Positions 18,301-27,311 of a stretch of DNA of 33,319 bases are shown piece after piece (within the stretch, counting starts at the first letter, position 1; each line of letters starts with the position of its first letter). The DNA is from Oligoflexia bacterium. GTDB taxonomy: Bacteria > Bdellovibrionota > UBA1018. Below the pieces are notes generated by a model. That model did no database searches, was not told the DNA's origin, and was given only the letters and a program-made list of their open reading frames with translations. The stretch is taken from contig JAYTHP010000111.1 of NCBI GenBank assembly GCA_043732485.1, positions 1 to 33,319 of the forward strand. Direction: 5' to 3'. The translations under genes and the position numbers were made by a program.

Positions 18301-19578
18301 ATGGCTGTGCGCTCGCTCCAAAGTGACTCCCACCTCAAGGGTGGTCGCGTCCAAGCGGGTGCGCAACGGACCTAGCCGCAGTTTGCCACCGGCCACTGCC
18401 GAGCTGCTGCTACCGCCACCAGCACCAGCCCCACTCCCACTGCTGATTTCTATAAAAGGCACCGTCAGCTCACCTGCCTTCCACTGGCTTTCCCACACCA
18501 CCTGATCCGCCCACCAACCGGCTGCCCTCGCGCCCTTCACTTCGAAGTGCGCTGAAGCCTTGAACGCTGGCGCAAGCAAGGGGCCTTGCAACTCGCCCTG
18601 CCCCGTCCACTTGCCTTTCAAATCCACCGGCAACTGTGACGCCAGCCTGGCTTGTAACTCGCCTCTGGTTGCGGCAAGCGCTCCTTTGCGCAACTCCTCC
18701 AGATCACCTTGCAGGCTCCACGTCAGATCCCAGTGCGAGGCTTGCAAAAAAGGACTCTTGGTCAGCGCATTTTTTCCCAGCGACTTTCCCGCAAGCAGGA
18801 GTTGCGAGCTGTGATGGGCAAGTAGCAGGCGCTCAAGCCTCACGCCGGATTGTTGCACGTGCGCCTTGAGCTCCAGCTGAGTTTGCACACCCTCAAGATG
18901 CAACGGCAGAGCATGGTGCCCTGAGAAGGCTTCCGTCTTAAGATCCACCTCATAGCCTAGGGGTTTGCCCTGCGTTTGCGCAAACTCGCAGCGCACGATT
19001 TGGCCTGCCGCTTGTTGCATCCCTTCCGGATCACGCCAAGACAATCGCAGGTCTTCCACGAGCAGGCTTTCCGTGCGAAGGTGCAAGAAACGACCCCACG
19101 GCAATTGCAACCGCACGCCGTCTGCAAAGCGCTGCAAATGCTCCCAAGGGCCTTGTGTTTTATCAGTGCCACCGCCTGGGTCCGTGTCGCCGTTGCCACC
19201 CCCCTCAGCCAGCCAGAATTGCAGGCTGCCTTGTGCCACCTTCACCTGATGGATATCAATACTGCCTGAGAGAATCTGCAACGGCCGAAACACCACCCCC
19301 ACCGTCTCAGCCTCAAGTTGTAAGCGTTGCAAGGGCTGAGCCGAGCTTGACTTCTTGGCTTGAAACTTCAAACGCACGCCCTTTAAAGCCACCCCGGGCG
19401 GAAACATCTGCAACGAAGCCGAATGCCAGTCCACCTGCAGACCGGAATTGGGCAACACCGTGCGATTGAGCGCAGCTTTTAAGACATTGGCCATCCAGGC
19501 GCTTTGAATCAACCAGAGCTGAAAGGCAATGACCGCAGCCAAAGCGGCAAGAAAGATCCACCCCTTATGTTTCATCAC
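15355..19578 (-). CDS. tamB: Translocation/assembly module TamB (AsmA-like) protein
   Basis: 1407 aa with an N-terminal anchor and repetitive beta-rich L-x-G-x-L segments; C-terminal TamB-like F.SHPPLPENEILSLLAIG and YGVDFKFQ. Directly upstream of the Omp85 gene. Confidence 0.85.
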   Translation of the reverse strand: MMKHKGWIFLAALAAVIAFQLWLIQSAWMANVLKAALNRTVLPNSGLQVDWHSASLQMFPPGVALKGVRLKFQAKKSSSAQPLQRLQLEAETVGVVFRPLQILSGSIDIHQVKVAQGSLQFWLAEGGGNGDTDPGGGTDKTQGPWEHLQRFADGVRLQLPWGRFLHLRTESLLVEDLRLSWRDPEGMQQAAGQIVRCEFAQTQGKPLGYEVDLKTEAFSGHHALPLHLEGVQTQLELKAHVQQSGVRLERLLLAHHSSQLLLAGKSLGKNALTKSPFLQASHWDLTWSLQGDLEELRKGALAATRGELQARLASQLPVDLKGKWTGQGELQGPLLAPAFKASAHFEVKGARAAGWWADQVVWESQWKAGELTVPFIEISSGSGAGAGGGSSSSAVAGGKLRLGPLRTRLDATTLEVGVTLERAHSHWLGAGVLAAVYPLDFTLNGTFQLAIKLPQATTTAWSVAVVTQSSLQPFRLTNQRLGQVIPKMSVFDIPAIELAGGFLLNEQGIFPRALSLKLPHSQMGVDGSVLFRKGFNLAFRGNLKLEDLGTVAENEIRGQGPVVGSLQGPFADSDLELEVRFAQVAYLHLALGDLQGTLRFQSGPNRFSLEEVDVLKNHSHYRLQGVVDLAPKEPTLGLQAELLDGDVADLLAVVQKPLSDLGWFPASLRGPVTGTLRLDGVAAMPQLNLRAKLQGHDWSYLGEKFQSVQFQGGLDKLRLQIDQLAIKKRTGSLAGNFHWRESGEQVAWKFQTENWDFTDIDALNQLDVPLRGQIDLKSQGQGRLGALDSQSEVALHAMRVRGAPLAASHLQVTAHQGMWKLHGSLLGEQATLDASLQEQNLKLAELAISAHQFDFGWLLLFLNPKLMGDYLLKGALSGDLHLNFTPQASGTLALSQFEVNRADHFLRLARPLQVAIHQGDFKVENWQLLSHQGVLGGHLQQQLGRLSGGCGGSVDLGLLGFVVPIFEKVRGVAQLKIGVSGSTAAPLFNGSAQLSSVQLLLEELGTAFENISGQVRIKNNHLLLQQVKGALGSGWARLRGEIVPQVSGATEFAIFADVHSAKLKVFPFQMLQVSGNLAFEGKEPPYLLSGELELEAGISREKVLNRPASAGNTAAELKNQPYAPPPTAHRRALQGSPVRLNIDVTTQNPVMVQNDVLRDLQLVGKVSLVNQLDTPGILGEVTAKQGQLFFKDHTFQVQSAQVHFDQAATVNPRVDLVAFTEVSGFKVDLFLSGRVNQLKFEFTSHPPLPENEILSLLAIGLSSSDAKKMSGVDQASVQSGEATSLLLHSLGFNRELEERTGFQVQIDELKNPYLGVSAFNAQSSQATVAPSVAIRKQLGDRLSLSAATSVGAGSSTSRQLSLSYRVNHSLSVNGIFNLFGVTGGLDALQNADITSYGVDFKFQKGFR

Positions 19579-20753
19579 AGTCCCCCTACTGCCAGGAGTC
19601 GACTCATCTCTCGTTTGAGATCCCGGTAATCGGGCTGCAAACGTTGCGCTTGGCGATAGTAACGATAAGCAAAGGCCTTTTGCCCTAACGCGTGATACAA
19701 GCCCCCGGCCAGATAAAAAAGCTCAAGGCATGAAGATGCGCCCTGAGGCGGCGAGGGTGACCGCTTGCCCGACGAAGCCGACGACGACGACAAGGTTGCC
19801 GATGGTTCTGCGGCGCCAACCGCAACGCAGAGGTCGTCATACAGCAAGGGCTGTAGATGTTCTAAGGCTTCAAAATGACGACCGCACTTCATCAAACTGT
19901 CGGCCAGCAAACAATGCACGCTCAGCCAGTCTTGCCGCTCAGGCTGAAAAGGGCCAGCCCCAGTCTCCCCGGCCACTGCTCTTTCCTCGCCACCGCGCTC
20001 CTCGCTGCCACCTCCACCCCTGCTGCCCGCCACACCCTCAAAACCTAGGGACGCCATTTGTCTCGCCTTCAGTTCGCTTTGTGCCCGCAGCAAAACCCGC
20101 GTGGCAAGAGCGTAGGCCTCCATCATCATTAAATTAACCGCACAATCAATCCACAGCTGGACAGGGACTCTCCCAGGAGACTGACGCGTCAAATACTGCT
20201 CAAAATCAAACCACCAGTCGGAAAGCCACTGGCTTGAAGGGTGCGCGTCGTCAAGCGCAAGTCCTAAGCCCAGATCCTGATCGATTTGCTCTAAGACTCG
20301 GCTCTGCAGCGCTTGGGAGCCTTCGTCCCCACCACCACTACCACCACCCACGGCTGGCTCACGGCTTTCGCGCAGTAACTTCTTGAGCTCTGTGGCTTGA
20401 ATGTCCTCTAAAAAGCGCCTGGCCTCATCCCAGGCAGGCTCAACGATCAGCGCCTTACGCAAGGTCTGCTTGGCGTCTTCTAAAAACCCCTCATTGAGCA
20501 TAATCCGGGCTTGCGCTAAGAACTCCGCAAGCGACTGAGGCTCTTGATCAGCCGGTTGTTGGGGCTGCCCGGGAGAAAGAGCAGAAGACGAAAACGGAGA
20601 AGCAGGCTGTTGTGTGAGCGAGCGGGTGGCTTCCTGCAGCAGATCCTCGCCGAGATCGATGCCCGTCCCCCCACTGAGTTCCGCTTGAAGGAGTTGCTCC
20701 TGGGGCTGAGGGCCAGCTGACATGAGCCCCGAATTTTTCGATGAATCCTTCAT
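19575..20753 (-). CDS. TPR protein, probable SgmX / Bdellovibrio Bd2492-like MglA partner
   Basis: TPR-like helices (ARIMLNEGFLEDAKQTLRKAL..EP; LADSLMKCGRHFEALEHL; YLAGGLYHALGQ..AYRYY..QPDYRDL). Its stop overlaps the tamB start. Orthology is inferred from synteny. Confidence 0.65.
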   Translation of the reverse strand: MKDSSKNSGLMSAGPQPQEQLLQAELSGGTGIDLGEDLLQEATRSLTQQPASPFSSSALSPGQPQQPADQEPQSLAEFLAQARIMLNEGFLEDAKQTLRKALIVEPAWDEARRFLEDIQATELKKLLRESREPAVGGGSGGGDEGSQALQSRVLEQIDQDLGLGLALDDAHPSSQWLSDWWFDFEQYLTRQSPGRVPVQLWIDCAVNLMMMEAYALATRVLLRAQSELKARQMASLGFEGVAGSRGGGGSEERGGEERAVAGETGAGPFQPERQDWLSVHCLLADSLMKCGRHFEALEHLQPLLYDDLCVAVGAAEPSATLSSSSASSGKRSPSPPQGASSCLELFYLAGGLYHALGQKAFAYRYYRQAQRLQPDYRDLKREMSRLLAVGGL

Positions 20754-20773
20754 CAGGCGCTCGCTCCCTTATT

Positions 20774-20788
20774 TGGGTGACTCACCCA
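20774..20788. promoter_or_regulatory. Perfect 15-bp palindrome next to the TPR gene ribosome-binding site
   Basis: TGGGTGA-C-TCACCCA, 3 nt from the AAGGGAG SD (20764-20770). Confidence 0.45.
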
Positions 20789-20828
20789 CTGCGTTTTCAG
20801 ATGCCACAAGCCCCCCCTTTTGGGAGGA

Positions 20829-22193
20829 TTAATCGCCCTTGCCGAGAAACTCCTCTAGAAAATGGGTACTATAAAAACCTTCACGGAAGGCCGGGCTTGC
20901 CATAACTTTACGATGAAACGCTAAATTGGTTTGAATGCCCTCCACCACAAACTCACTTAAAGCCTGCTGCATTTTGGCAATCGCCTCCAAGCGCGTTGGA
21001 GCATGGACAATCAACTTGGCTAAGAGCGAGTCATAAAACGGCAACACGCGGTAATGATCATAGATGAACGAGTCTACTCGCACCCCAAAACCACCTGGTA
21101 AATTGAGACCGGTAATCAAACCCGGGGAGGGAACAAAACGCTCAGAATCTTCAGCGTTAATCCGGCATTCGATGGCATGGGATTGAATCTGAATCGCCTC
21201 TTGCTTCCACAACAGCGTGCGCCCTGCTGCCATGTAGATCTGCTCTTTCACCAAGTCAATCCCCGTCACCATCTCAGTCACCGGGTGCTCGACTTGAATG
21301 CGGGTGTTCATTTCCATGAAGTAGAACTGCTTGTCTTGATTATCGACTAAAAACTCTACCGTCCCGACATTCTCATACTCGACTTCCCGGCAGAGCTTCA
21401 AAGCCGCCTGACTCATCGCCTCCCGCAACGCAGGATCCACCACTGACGAGGGAGACTCCTCGACCAGCTTTTGATGTCGCCTTTGAATCGTACAATCGCG
21501 CTCACCCAAGGCAATGCGATGACCAAACTGATCGCACAAGACTTGGATTTCTACGTGCCGGGGACTTTCACAGTACTTTTCCAAGTACATCGCGCCGTTC
21601 CCAAAGGAAGCTTGCGCCTCCGCACTCACCCGCTCAAAGCAATCCCGTAAGACTTGCTCCGCGTAAACGATGTGAATGCCACGTCCGCCGCCACCGGCTG
21701 CCGCCTTGAGGATCACGGGGTAACCAATTTTTTTCGCCTCACGAGCCGCCGTAGCCGCATCCGCCACCGCGCCAACCGTGCCTGGCAGCAAGGGCAGCCC
21801 TGCCGCTTTAGCAATCGCGCGGGCTTGCGTCTTCTCACCCATGGCTTGGATGTTTTTCACCGTCGGCCCAATAAACGTTAGCCCACAGGTTTGACACAAC
21901 CTGGCAAACTCTGCGTTTTCCGAGAGAAAACCATAGCCAGGGTGCACGGCGTCCGCTCCGGTAATGTCGGCTGCCGTGAGGAGGGCATTCATATTTAAGT
22001 AACTTAACTTGGAAGCGGCAGGGCCAATGCACACCGCCTCATCGGCAAGCTTGACGTGCAAGGAGTGCTCATCCGCTCTGGAGTAAACCGCAACCGTCGG
22101 GATCCCTAGCTCCTTGCAAGCCCGAATCACCCGTAAGGCAATTTCACCGCGATTGGCAATTAAAACTTTCTTGAACAGCGCCGGTCCATGCAT
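20829..22193 (-). CDS. accC: Acetyl-CoA carboxylase, biotin carboxylase subunit
   Basis: Motifs KVLIANRGEIA, HPGYGFLSENA, GGGGRG, RDCTIQRRHQK and EMNTRIQVEHPVTE. Likely start is ATG 22193. Confidence 0.96.
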   Translation of the reverse strand: MHGPALFKKVLIANRGEIALRVIRACKELGIPTVAVYSRADEHSLHVKLADEAVCIGPAASKLSYLNMNALLTAADITGADAVHPGYGFLSENAEFARLCQTCGLTFIGPTVKNIQAMGEKTQARAIAKAAGLPLLPGTVGAVADAATAAREAKKIGYPVILKAAAGGGGRGIHIVYAEQVLRDCFERVSAEAQASFGNGAMYLEKYCESPRHVEIQVLCDQFGHRIALGERDCTIQRRHQKLVEESPSSVVDPALREAMSQAALKLCREVEYENVGTVEFLVDNQDKQFYFMEMNTRIQVEHPVTEMVTGIDLVKEQIYMAAGRTLLWKQEAIQIQSHAIECRINAEDSERFVPSPGLITGLNLPGGFGVRVDSFIYDHYRVLPFYDSLLAKLIVHAPTRLEAIAKMQQALSEFVVEGIQTNLAFHRKVMASPAFREGFYSTHFLEEFLGKGD

Positions 22194-22197
22194 TGGC

Positions 22198-22878
22198 TTA
22201 TCCCACGTCAATCAGAAACAAAGGTTCACCAAACTCCACTGGCTGACTATTTTCCACGAGAATGGAGAGAAGTTTACCCGAATGGTCGGCTTCAATTTCA
22301 TTCATCAGCTTCATCGCCTCAATGATACAAAGCACATCACCCTTCTTCACCAGCTGCCCAGGCTTGACATACACCTCCGCATCAGGCGAAGCCCCACGGT
22401 AAAAGGTGCCCACAAAGGGCGAAAGAATCTTTTTATGGGAAGCTGGCTCTTCCTTGTGCACAGGCTGAGCCAGCGATGCTTTTTCACCGCCCTGTCCACC
22501 CAAAGCATGCGCCCCTAACGCATGACCTCCGCCAGGCAGCGAATGCCCACCAAACAAGTGGGTCTCACGCCCGGGAAAACCGCTCAGTCCATGCCGTTCG
22601 CCAGCGGGGGAACTCCCACCCCACGCTCCTTCCCGGCCAAACGCTTGACTGGTTTTCAGCTGAATACGCTCGTCTTGCTTTTGCCAATCCAACTCGGCCA
22701 CTTCGTGTTTGACCATCAACTCCAGGATTTTTTCTAACTTCTCTAAATCATGCGCTCCTTCAGCGGAAGCGCTCATAGCGCCTAAAGCAGCTTTCTTCCC
22801 GACCAAGACCTTCTTGTTCAGAAAGGTACTCCCTGATTGCAATTTTTTCTTCGTTTTTTGCTTCACTGATTGCCTCAC
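22198..22878 (-). CDS. accB: Biotin carboxyl carrier protein (start GTG 22878 or ATG 22776)
   Basis: SPFVGTFY, biotinylation motif EAMKLMNEI, and PVEFGEPLF. Confidence 0.94.
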   Translation of the reverse strand: MRQSVKQKTKKKLQSGSTFLNKKVLVGKKAALGAMSASAEGAHDLEKLEKILELMVKHEVAELDWQKQDERIQLKTSQAFGREGAWGGSSPAGERHGLSGFPGRETHLFGGHSLPGGGHALGAHALGGQGGEKASLAQPVHKEEPASHKKILSPFVGTFYRGASPDAEVYVKPGQLVKKGDVLCIIEAMKLMNEIEADHSGKLLSILVENSQPVEFGEPLFLIDVG

Positions 22879-23438
22879 TTACTCGCCTTTTCCACATAGG
22901 AGGCGTCACGGGTGTCGACCTTAATCAAATCACCCTCTTTCAAATGAAAGGGAACCCCCACGCTTGCTCCCGTTTCTAATTTTGCGGGCTTCGTGCCACC
23001 GGTCACCGTATCCCCCTTAAAAGCAGGGTCGGTTTCCACAATTTTTAACACGACAAAGGTTGGCAACTCCACCCCAATCGGGCGCTCATTGAAATACATG
23101 ACCCTGATGACGAGATTTTCGGTGAGAAAATTCTTTCCCAACCCCAGCTGCTCTTCAAACAAGACCACTTGCTCGTAATTGGCCTGGTTCATGAAGTGAA
23201 ACCCCTCAGCATCCCGGTACAAAAACTGCATCTCCTTTTGCTCCATGTTGGCTTGATCCAACTTGTCGCCGGAGGTGATCGTCCGTTCAATGACGTTTTG
23301 GTTCAGCATGTTTTTGAGCTTGGTGCGTGTAAAAGCTCTCCCTTTACCGGGACTCACGTGCTGGAAGTCAACGATTTCAAAAGGGACGCCGTCTAATTCT
23401 ACTTTAAGGCCTTTGCGAAACTGATTAGTTGCATACAT
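22875..23438 (-). CDS. efp: Elongation factor P
   Basis: PGKG loop, [16 protein letters not shown] and IKVDTR; 187 aa. Confidence 0.97.
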   Translation of the reverse strand: MYATNQFRKGLKVELDGVPFEIVDFQHVSPGKGRAFTRTKLKNMLNQNVIERTITSGDKLDQANMEQKEMQFLYRDAEGFHFMNQANYEQVVLFEEQLGLGKNFLTENLVIRVMYFNERPIGVELPTFVVLKIVETDPAFKGDTVTGGTKPAKLETGASVGVPFHLKEGDLIKVDTRDASYVEKASK

Positions 23439-23447
23439 AAGCTTCTT

Positions 23448-23476
23448 TTCTTACTGACTTATCAGCCCCTTGTCAA
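23448..23476 (-). promoter_or_regulatory. Candidate sigma70 promoter for the efp operon
   Basis: Perfect TTGACA (23476-23471), a 17-bp spacer, then TAAGAA (23453-23448). It ends 9 nt before the ATG. The spacer contains CTGA-taag-TCAG. Confidence 0.6.
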
Positions 23477-23706
23477 CTGGTGATCGCCTGGTCGCAGCCA
23501 GCCTTGGCAAGGAAAAATGAGGGCATTTGGCTGCGAAAAACGGCGGGCAACACTCCTCCTCTCCTCACCGTCCGCCTAAAGCAGTAGCCGGTAGCCCACC
23601 CCCCCTCGTAAAGCTCTTAGACGGAGGTGTGTGTCTGCTGCCTTTTTGGGCAAAAAGAAACAAAAAAACCGCTCTTTTAAAGTTTCTTTGAGATTTTTGC
23701 GCGCTC

Positions 23707-24405
23707 TTAAGGGATTTTGGACGACTTTTCGCCCGCCTTGCGCTCACCCTCAAAGCCCCGTTGCATCCGGTAACGCTCCACCCGCTGCAACAGCGTTTGC
23801 AAAAACTCGACTTGCCGTACCTTTTCGTGCCGAAGCCGCTCAGGATCTTGGGCCATCGCCTGCCCGGCAGGCAAAATCCCGAACCCCCCCTCACTCCAGT
23901 CAGCTGTGGCCGGGCCCCCTTGCTGCGCCCAAGACTGAGACCTTGGGAGAGGATCCTTAAGAACCAGCCCCCCCTGCTGAAACGACTGCGACTCAAGCTC
24001 TTGCACCATCACGGCGGTCTCGCGGTCGGCAGGGTTAAAATACAAGATCAGCTTCAAGGCGCTTAAGGCCTCAGCTACCCGCCCTAGCATCAAAAAGGAG
24101 TCAGCCAGCAGCCTTTGGGCGATCAGATTATCGGGAATGTCCTGGAGAATGGGCAGTAATTCCGCGATCACCTGCTCATATTTCTTTTGATCAAAGTAAG
24201 CCCGCGCTAAAGCCACCCGACCGCCAATAAACTGGGGATGAACCCGTAGCCCCTCTTTAGCAATTTGAATGGCTTCATCCACTAATCCAGCCTTACGATA
24301 AGCCTCAGACAGCGGGGCAAACACCCGCGACGAGGGGTCTTCTTGATACCGCTTAAGATAATCAAAGATCATTTGCTGACTCGCCTTAGGACCCTTTTGC
24401 GCCAT
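23707..24405 (-). CDS. Tetratricopeptide repeat protein
   Basis: DPSSRVFAPLSEAYRKAG..EAI..EGL..HP, GRVALARAY and PDNLIAQRLLA are TPR-like repeats. Likely start is ATG 24405. Confidence 0.85.
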   Translation of the reverse strand: MAQKGPKASQQMIFDYLKRYQEDPSSRVFAPLSEAYRKAGLVDEAIQIAKEGLRVHPQFIGGRVALARAYFDQKKYEQVIAELLPILQDIPDNLIAQRLLADSFLMLGRVAEALSALKLILYFNPADRETAVMVQELESQSFQQGGLVLKDPLPRSQSWAQQGGPATADWSEGGFGILPAGQAMAQDPERLRHEKVRQVEFLQTLLQRVERYRMQRGFEGERKAGEKSSKIP

Positions 24406-24545
24406 GCTCAACCCCCCCCACCCCTCACTGTGATTCTTCCTTTTTTTTTCATCTGCAACCGCACCACTTCGATGAACGCCGTCACCTTTGCCACGCCCAG
24501 TCAAGGTCCCTAGCAAAGATAGGTTGCCGCTTTTTCAGCGCTCCC

Positions 24546-27311
24546 CTAGCCTGTGATCCCCGCCTCCTTGCCATTTAAGATCTTAGGCGTGATAAAAATG
24601 AACAACTCGGTACGAGTAATCCCATCTTGTTCAGAACCAAAAAGCGCTCCAATCACCGGCAATTTTCTTAAAAAGGGAATCCCTGACTCCACATGAGTCG
24701 ATTGCATGGTGTAAATACCACCAATCACAAGCGTCGTACCGCTATCGACCAAAACCTGGGTTTTCATATTTCTCGTGCCAATCCCAAAATCTTTGCTACC
24801 TGGCAAAGGCTGTGGTTCATCTTTACTAATATCCAGCTGCATCAAGACACTAAAATCATTAGTCACCGTAGGCGTCACGTTCAAACTAATATTCGCCGAT
24901 TGCACGCTTGAGGTCTGCACCAGAGGACCAACCCCAGCCACCGTCGTCGTTGCCGGCACCGACACAGGTGTTCCCTGAATGATTGAAGCGGTCTGCTTAT
25001 TCAAGACCACCGTTTTAGGAGAAGAAACCACTTTTACCAAACTTTGTGCCTCCCCCCAGTTCAGTACAGCGTTCAGCGTCATCCCGCCGGGGATGAAGCT
25101 CAAATTCGGCGACAAGCCAAACGTCGAATAAAAAGGATTGGAAGAGCTCGATTTTGCAAAATCCGCGCCGGCCGCGAACACGCCCGGACTACCCACCAGG
25201 GCATCAAGCGGATCAGCGCCATTAAAAGAAGCCAGCATCCGACTATCGCCACTGCCAAGACCTAAGTTGCCGCCTAAAGCTGTGCCAAAACTCTCACTGG
25301 CTTCAACAATTCTTGCTTCAATCATTACCTGCGGAGTTTGCGCATCCAGAATAGCAACGAGCGCCTTAATTTTACTGACATTTTCCGGTAAGTCACGAAT
25401 CACAAGACTATTTGTCCTCAGATCGACTTGAATCGCTGCGACGTTATTAGCATCTAAGAGCTTCGTCGAGCTCCCCACGGTCACAACGCTATTTTGCCCA
25501 CCTCCTGCGCCCGCGCTTGAGCCCCCTCCTGCTGAAGCACCGCCAGCCGAACCCCCACCGCCAGAGCTGCCAATCGAGGAAAACATTCTTGCTAGGATAG
25601 GCTGCAGCTTGGTGATATCGGCGTAACTAATCTTAATCACTTCCGTTACGCGCGGCGCTTGCAGTTTTTCAAAGACCACGGTTTGCAGCTCCTGCTCTTT
25701 TTCTTGTAGGTAATTTTTAGCGGTAACCACCCGCAAAACATTGTTATTACGATGGGCCTCTAATTGCTGATTGACCAAAATCATCTCAAGCGCCTGATCC
25801 CAGGGCACGCCCTCAAGTGACAGGGTAATTTTACCACCCACATCGCTACCAATCACCATATTGAAGCCACTGGCTTCACCAATCAAGCGCAAGACGTCAG
25901 TGACTTCCGCGTCTCGTACTTGCAGATTAATAGGGTGCCCGATGTAATGATGCTTGCCCTTTTTAGCCTTCAGATGATCTAAGACTTCTTCGTTCGAGTA
26001 GTTTGAACCGACTTTGCGCTTGCCGGCATTAGCCTCTTGGCTATCCGTATCGGCATTGCTGCTTACTTCGGTCGTGGTATCAGCTGCGCCGTCCTCAGGC
26101 GCTGCAGCTAGGAAGCGCAAAACGTCTCGCGACGAGGAGAACTTAGGCCTAGCATCACCTTCGACGAAACGATTGCCGGCTAGTGTGCTGGTATTTTGGG
26201 CAGCCAGTTCCTTTTCCCAAGGCGCCAACTTCCGTCCAAACCCTTCTCCGTCGTCCGGAGTAACGCTTGGAGCAGCTCTTGGAGAAGAGGCAAGCGGAAG
26301 CGACTTGGTCTGCTTGCGCCTCGCAAGACGTGCTTGAGCGCGGCTTTGAGCCTTCAGGGGAGCGCCTTTTTTGCGAACCGTCGTCCGCTCGAGTAAGGTG
26401 GGCGCAAGTGCTGCATTTTTGGTTGTCACCGCATGCCAGCGCTGGAGAGCAAGCTCAGTCTTCGGTGCGCTCAGCTGGGACAAAAGACCTGCAGGCTCGA
26501 GCCGATCCCCCAAGACGGTCGGCAGTCCTTTTTCCTGAAGCTTACGAGGAGGAAGAATAGCCTGCAGTAGGCCCTCAGGCTGGCGTTCACGATACGCCCC
26601 AGGAGCTCCGCCACTACTGCTATTACTACTGCTGCTGCTGTGACTTACAAGCTCGGCAAGTGCACTCGAGAGCGATTGCTCCGGCAGTGGGTTTGTCGCA
26701 ACTGAGGGAGGCAGCGAGGAAAGAGGTGAGGGCAGGAAGGCTGGCGCTGGCTCGTCGCTTGTGACGCTGACGCCTGCGTGCTTGGGGATAAGCAGCTCAA
26801 GGCTGCGTTCACCCTCGATGATTTGCACGTCGGTAGGCTGCTTTAAGGTCACCGCCAGCCGTAAGCAGCCGCTAGAAGACGGCAACAACGAACTGGATGA
26901 GGAGGATGAGGAGGATGAGGAGAAGGCAGAGGAGGGGAAGGGTTGGGGTTTTTCACCGTCAGCCTCGCTGCCAGAGGGCTTCAACACGTAGAGCTGGATT
27001 AACTCGACGTTACTTTGACCGGCAGAGGGATCAATCATCACGGGCACCGGATTTTTTTCATCCTCAATTTTTTCCTGCAGCGTTACCCCGCACAGCTCTA
27101 AGATCACCTGTTTCTTATTCTCAGTTGCGAGCCTTTGCACGCTGGCGTTTCCGCTTGTCTCAAGCAGCAGTCTTGCAGGCTCTTCTTGCTCAAAAAATCG
27201 CATCGCCAGCAGCTTTTCTGGCTCAAACGATTGTAAGGCTTGCGGGAGAATCAACGTAAAAATGAGCGTCAAGTTCAGCCCAAGAGCGAGACGGTACGAT
27301 CTTTTACTCAT
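24546..27311 (-). CDS. pilQ: Type IV pilus secretin PilQ with a long low-complexity linker
   Basis: N0 domain G.PINLQVRDAE...VPWDQAL, N3 domain ISYAD...VDLRTNSLVI, and secretin PQVMIEARIVEA...GIPFLRKLPVIGALF...ELFIFITPKI. Last gene of pilMNOPQ. Confidence 0.93.
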   Translation of the reverse strand: MSKRSYRLALGLNLTLIFTLILPQALQSFEPEKLLAMRFFEQEEPARLLLETSGNASVQRLATENKKQVILELCGVTLQEKIEDEKNPVPVMIDPSAGQSNVELIQLYVLKPSGSEADGEKPQPFPSSAFSSSSSSSSSSSLLPSSSGCLRLAVTLKQPTDVQIIEGERSLELLIPKHAGVSVTSDEPAPAFLPSPLSSLPPSVATNPLPEQSLSSALAELVSHSSSSSNSSSGGAPGAYRERQPEGLLQAILPPRKLQEKGLPTVLGDRLEPAGLLSQLSAPKTELALQRWHAVTTKNAALAPTLLERTTVRKKGAPLKAQSRAQARLARRKQTKSLPLASSPRAAPSVTPDDGEGFGRKLAPWEKELAAQNTSTLAGNRFVEGDARPKFSSSRDVLRFLAAAPEDGAADTTTEVSSNADTDSQEANAGKRKVGSNYSNEEVLDHLKAKKGKHHYIGHPINLQVRDAEVTDVLRLIGEASGFNMVIGSDVGGKITLSLEGVPWDQALEMILVNQQLEAHRNNNVLRVVTAKNYLQEKEQELQTVVFEKLQAPRVTEVIKISYADITKLQPILARMFSSIGSSGGGGSAGGASAGGGSSAGAGGGQNSVVTVGSSTKLLDANNVAAIQVDLRTNSLVIRDLPENVSKIKALVAILDAQTPQVMIEARIVEASESFGTALGGNLGLGSGDSRMLASFNGADPLDALVGSPGVFAAGADFAKSSSSNPFYSTFGLSPNLSFIPGGMTLNAVLNWGEAQSLVKVVSSPKTVVLNKQTASIIQGTPVSVPATTTVAGVGPLVQTSSVQSANISLNVTPTVTNDFSVLMQLDISKDEPQPLPGSKDFGIGTRNMKTQVLVDSGTTLVIGGIYTMQSTHVESGIPFLRKLPVIGALFGSEQDGITRTELFIFITPKILNGKEAGITG
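26895..26921. repeat. (GGATGAGGA)3 tandem repeat encoding part of the PilQ poly-Ser tract
   Basis: Perfect 9-bp units at 26895, 26904 and 26913. Confidence 0.9.
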
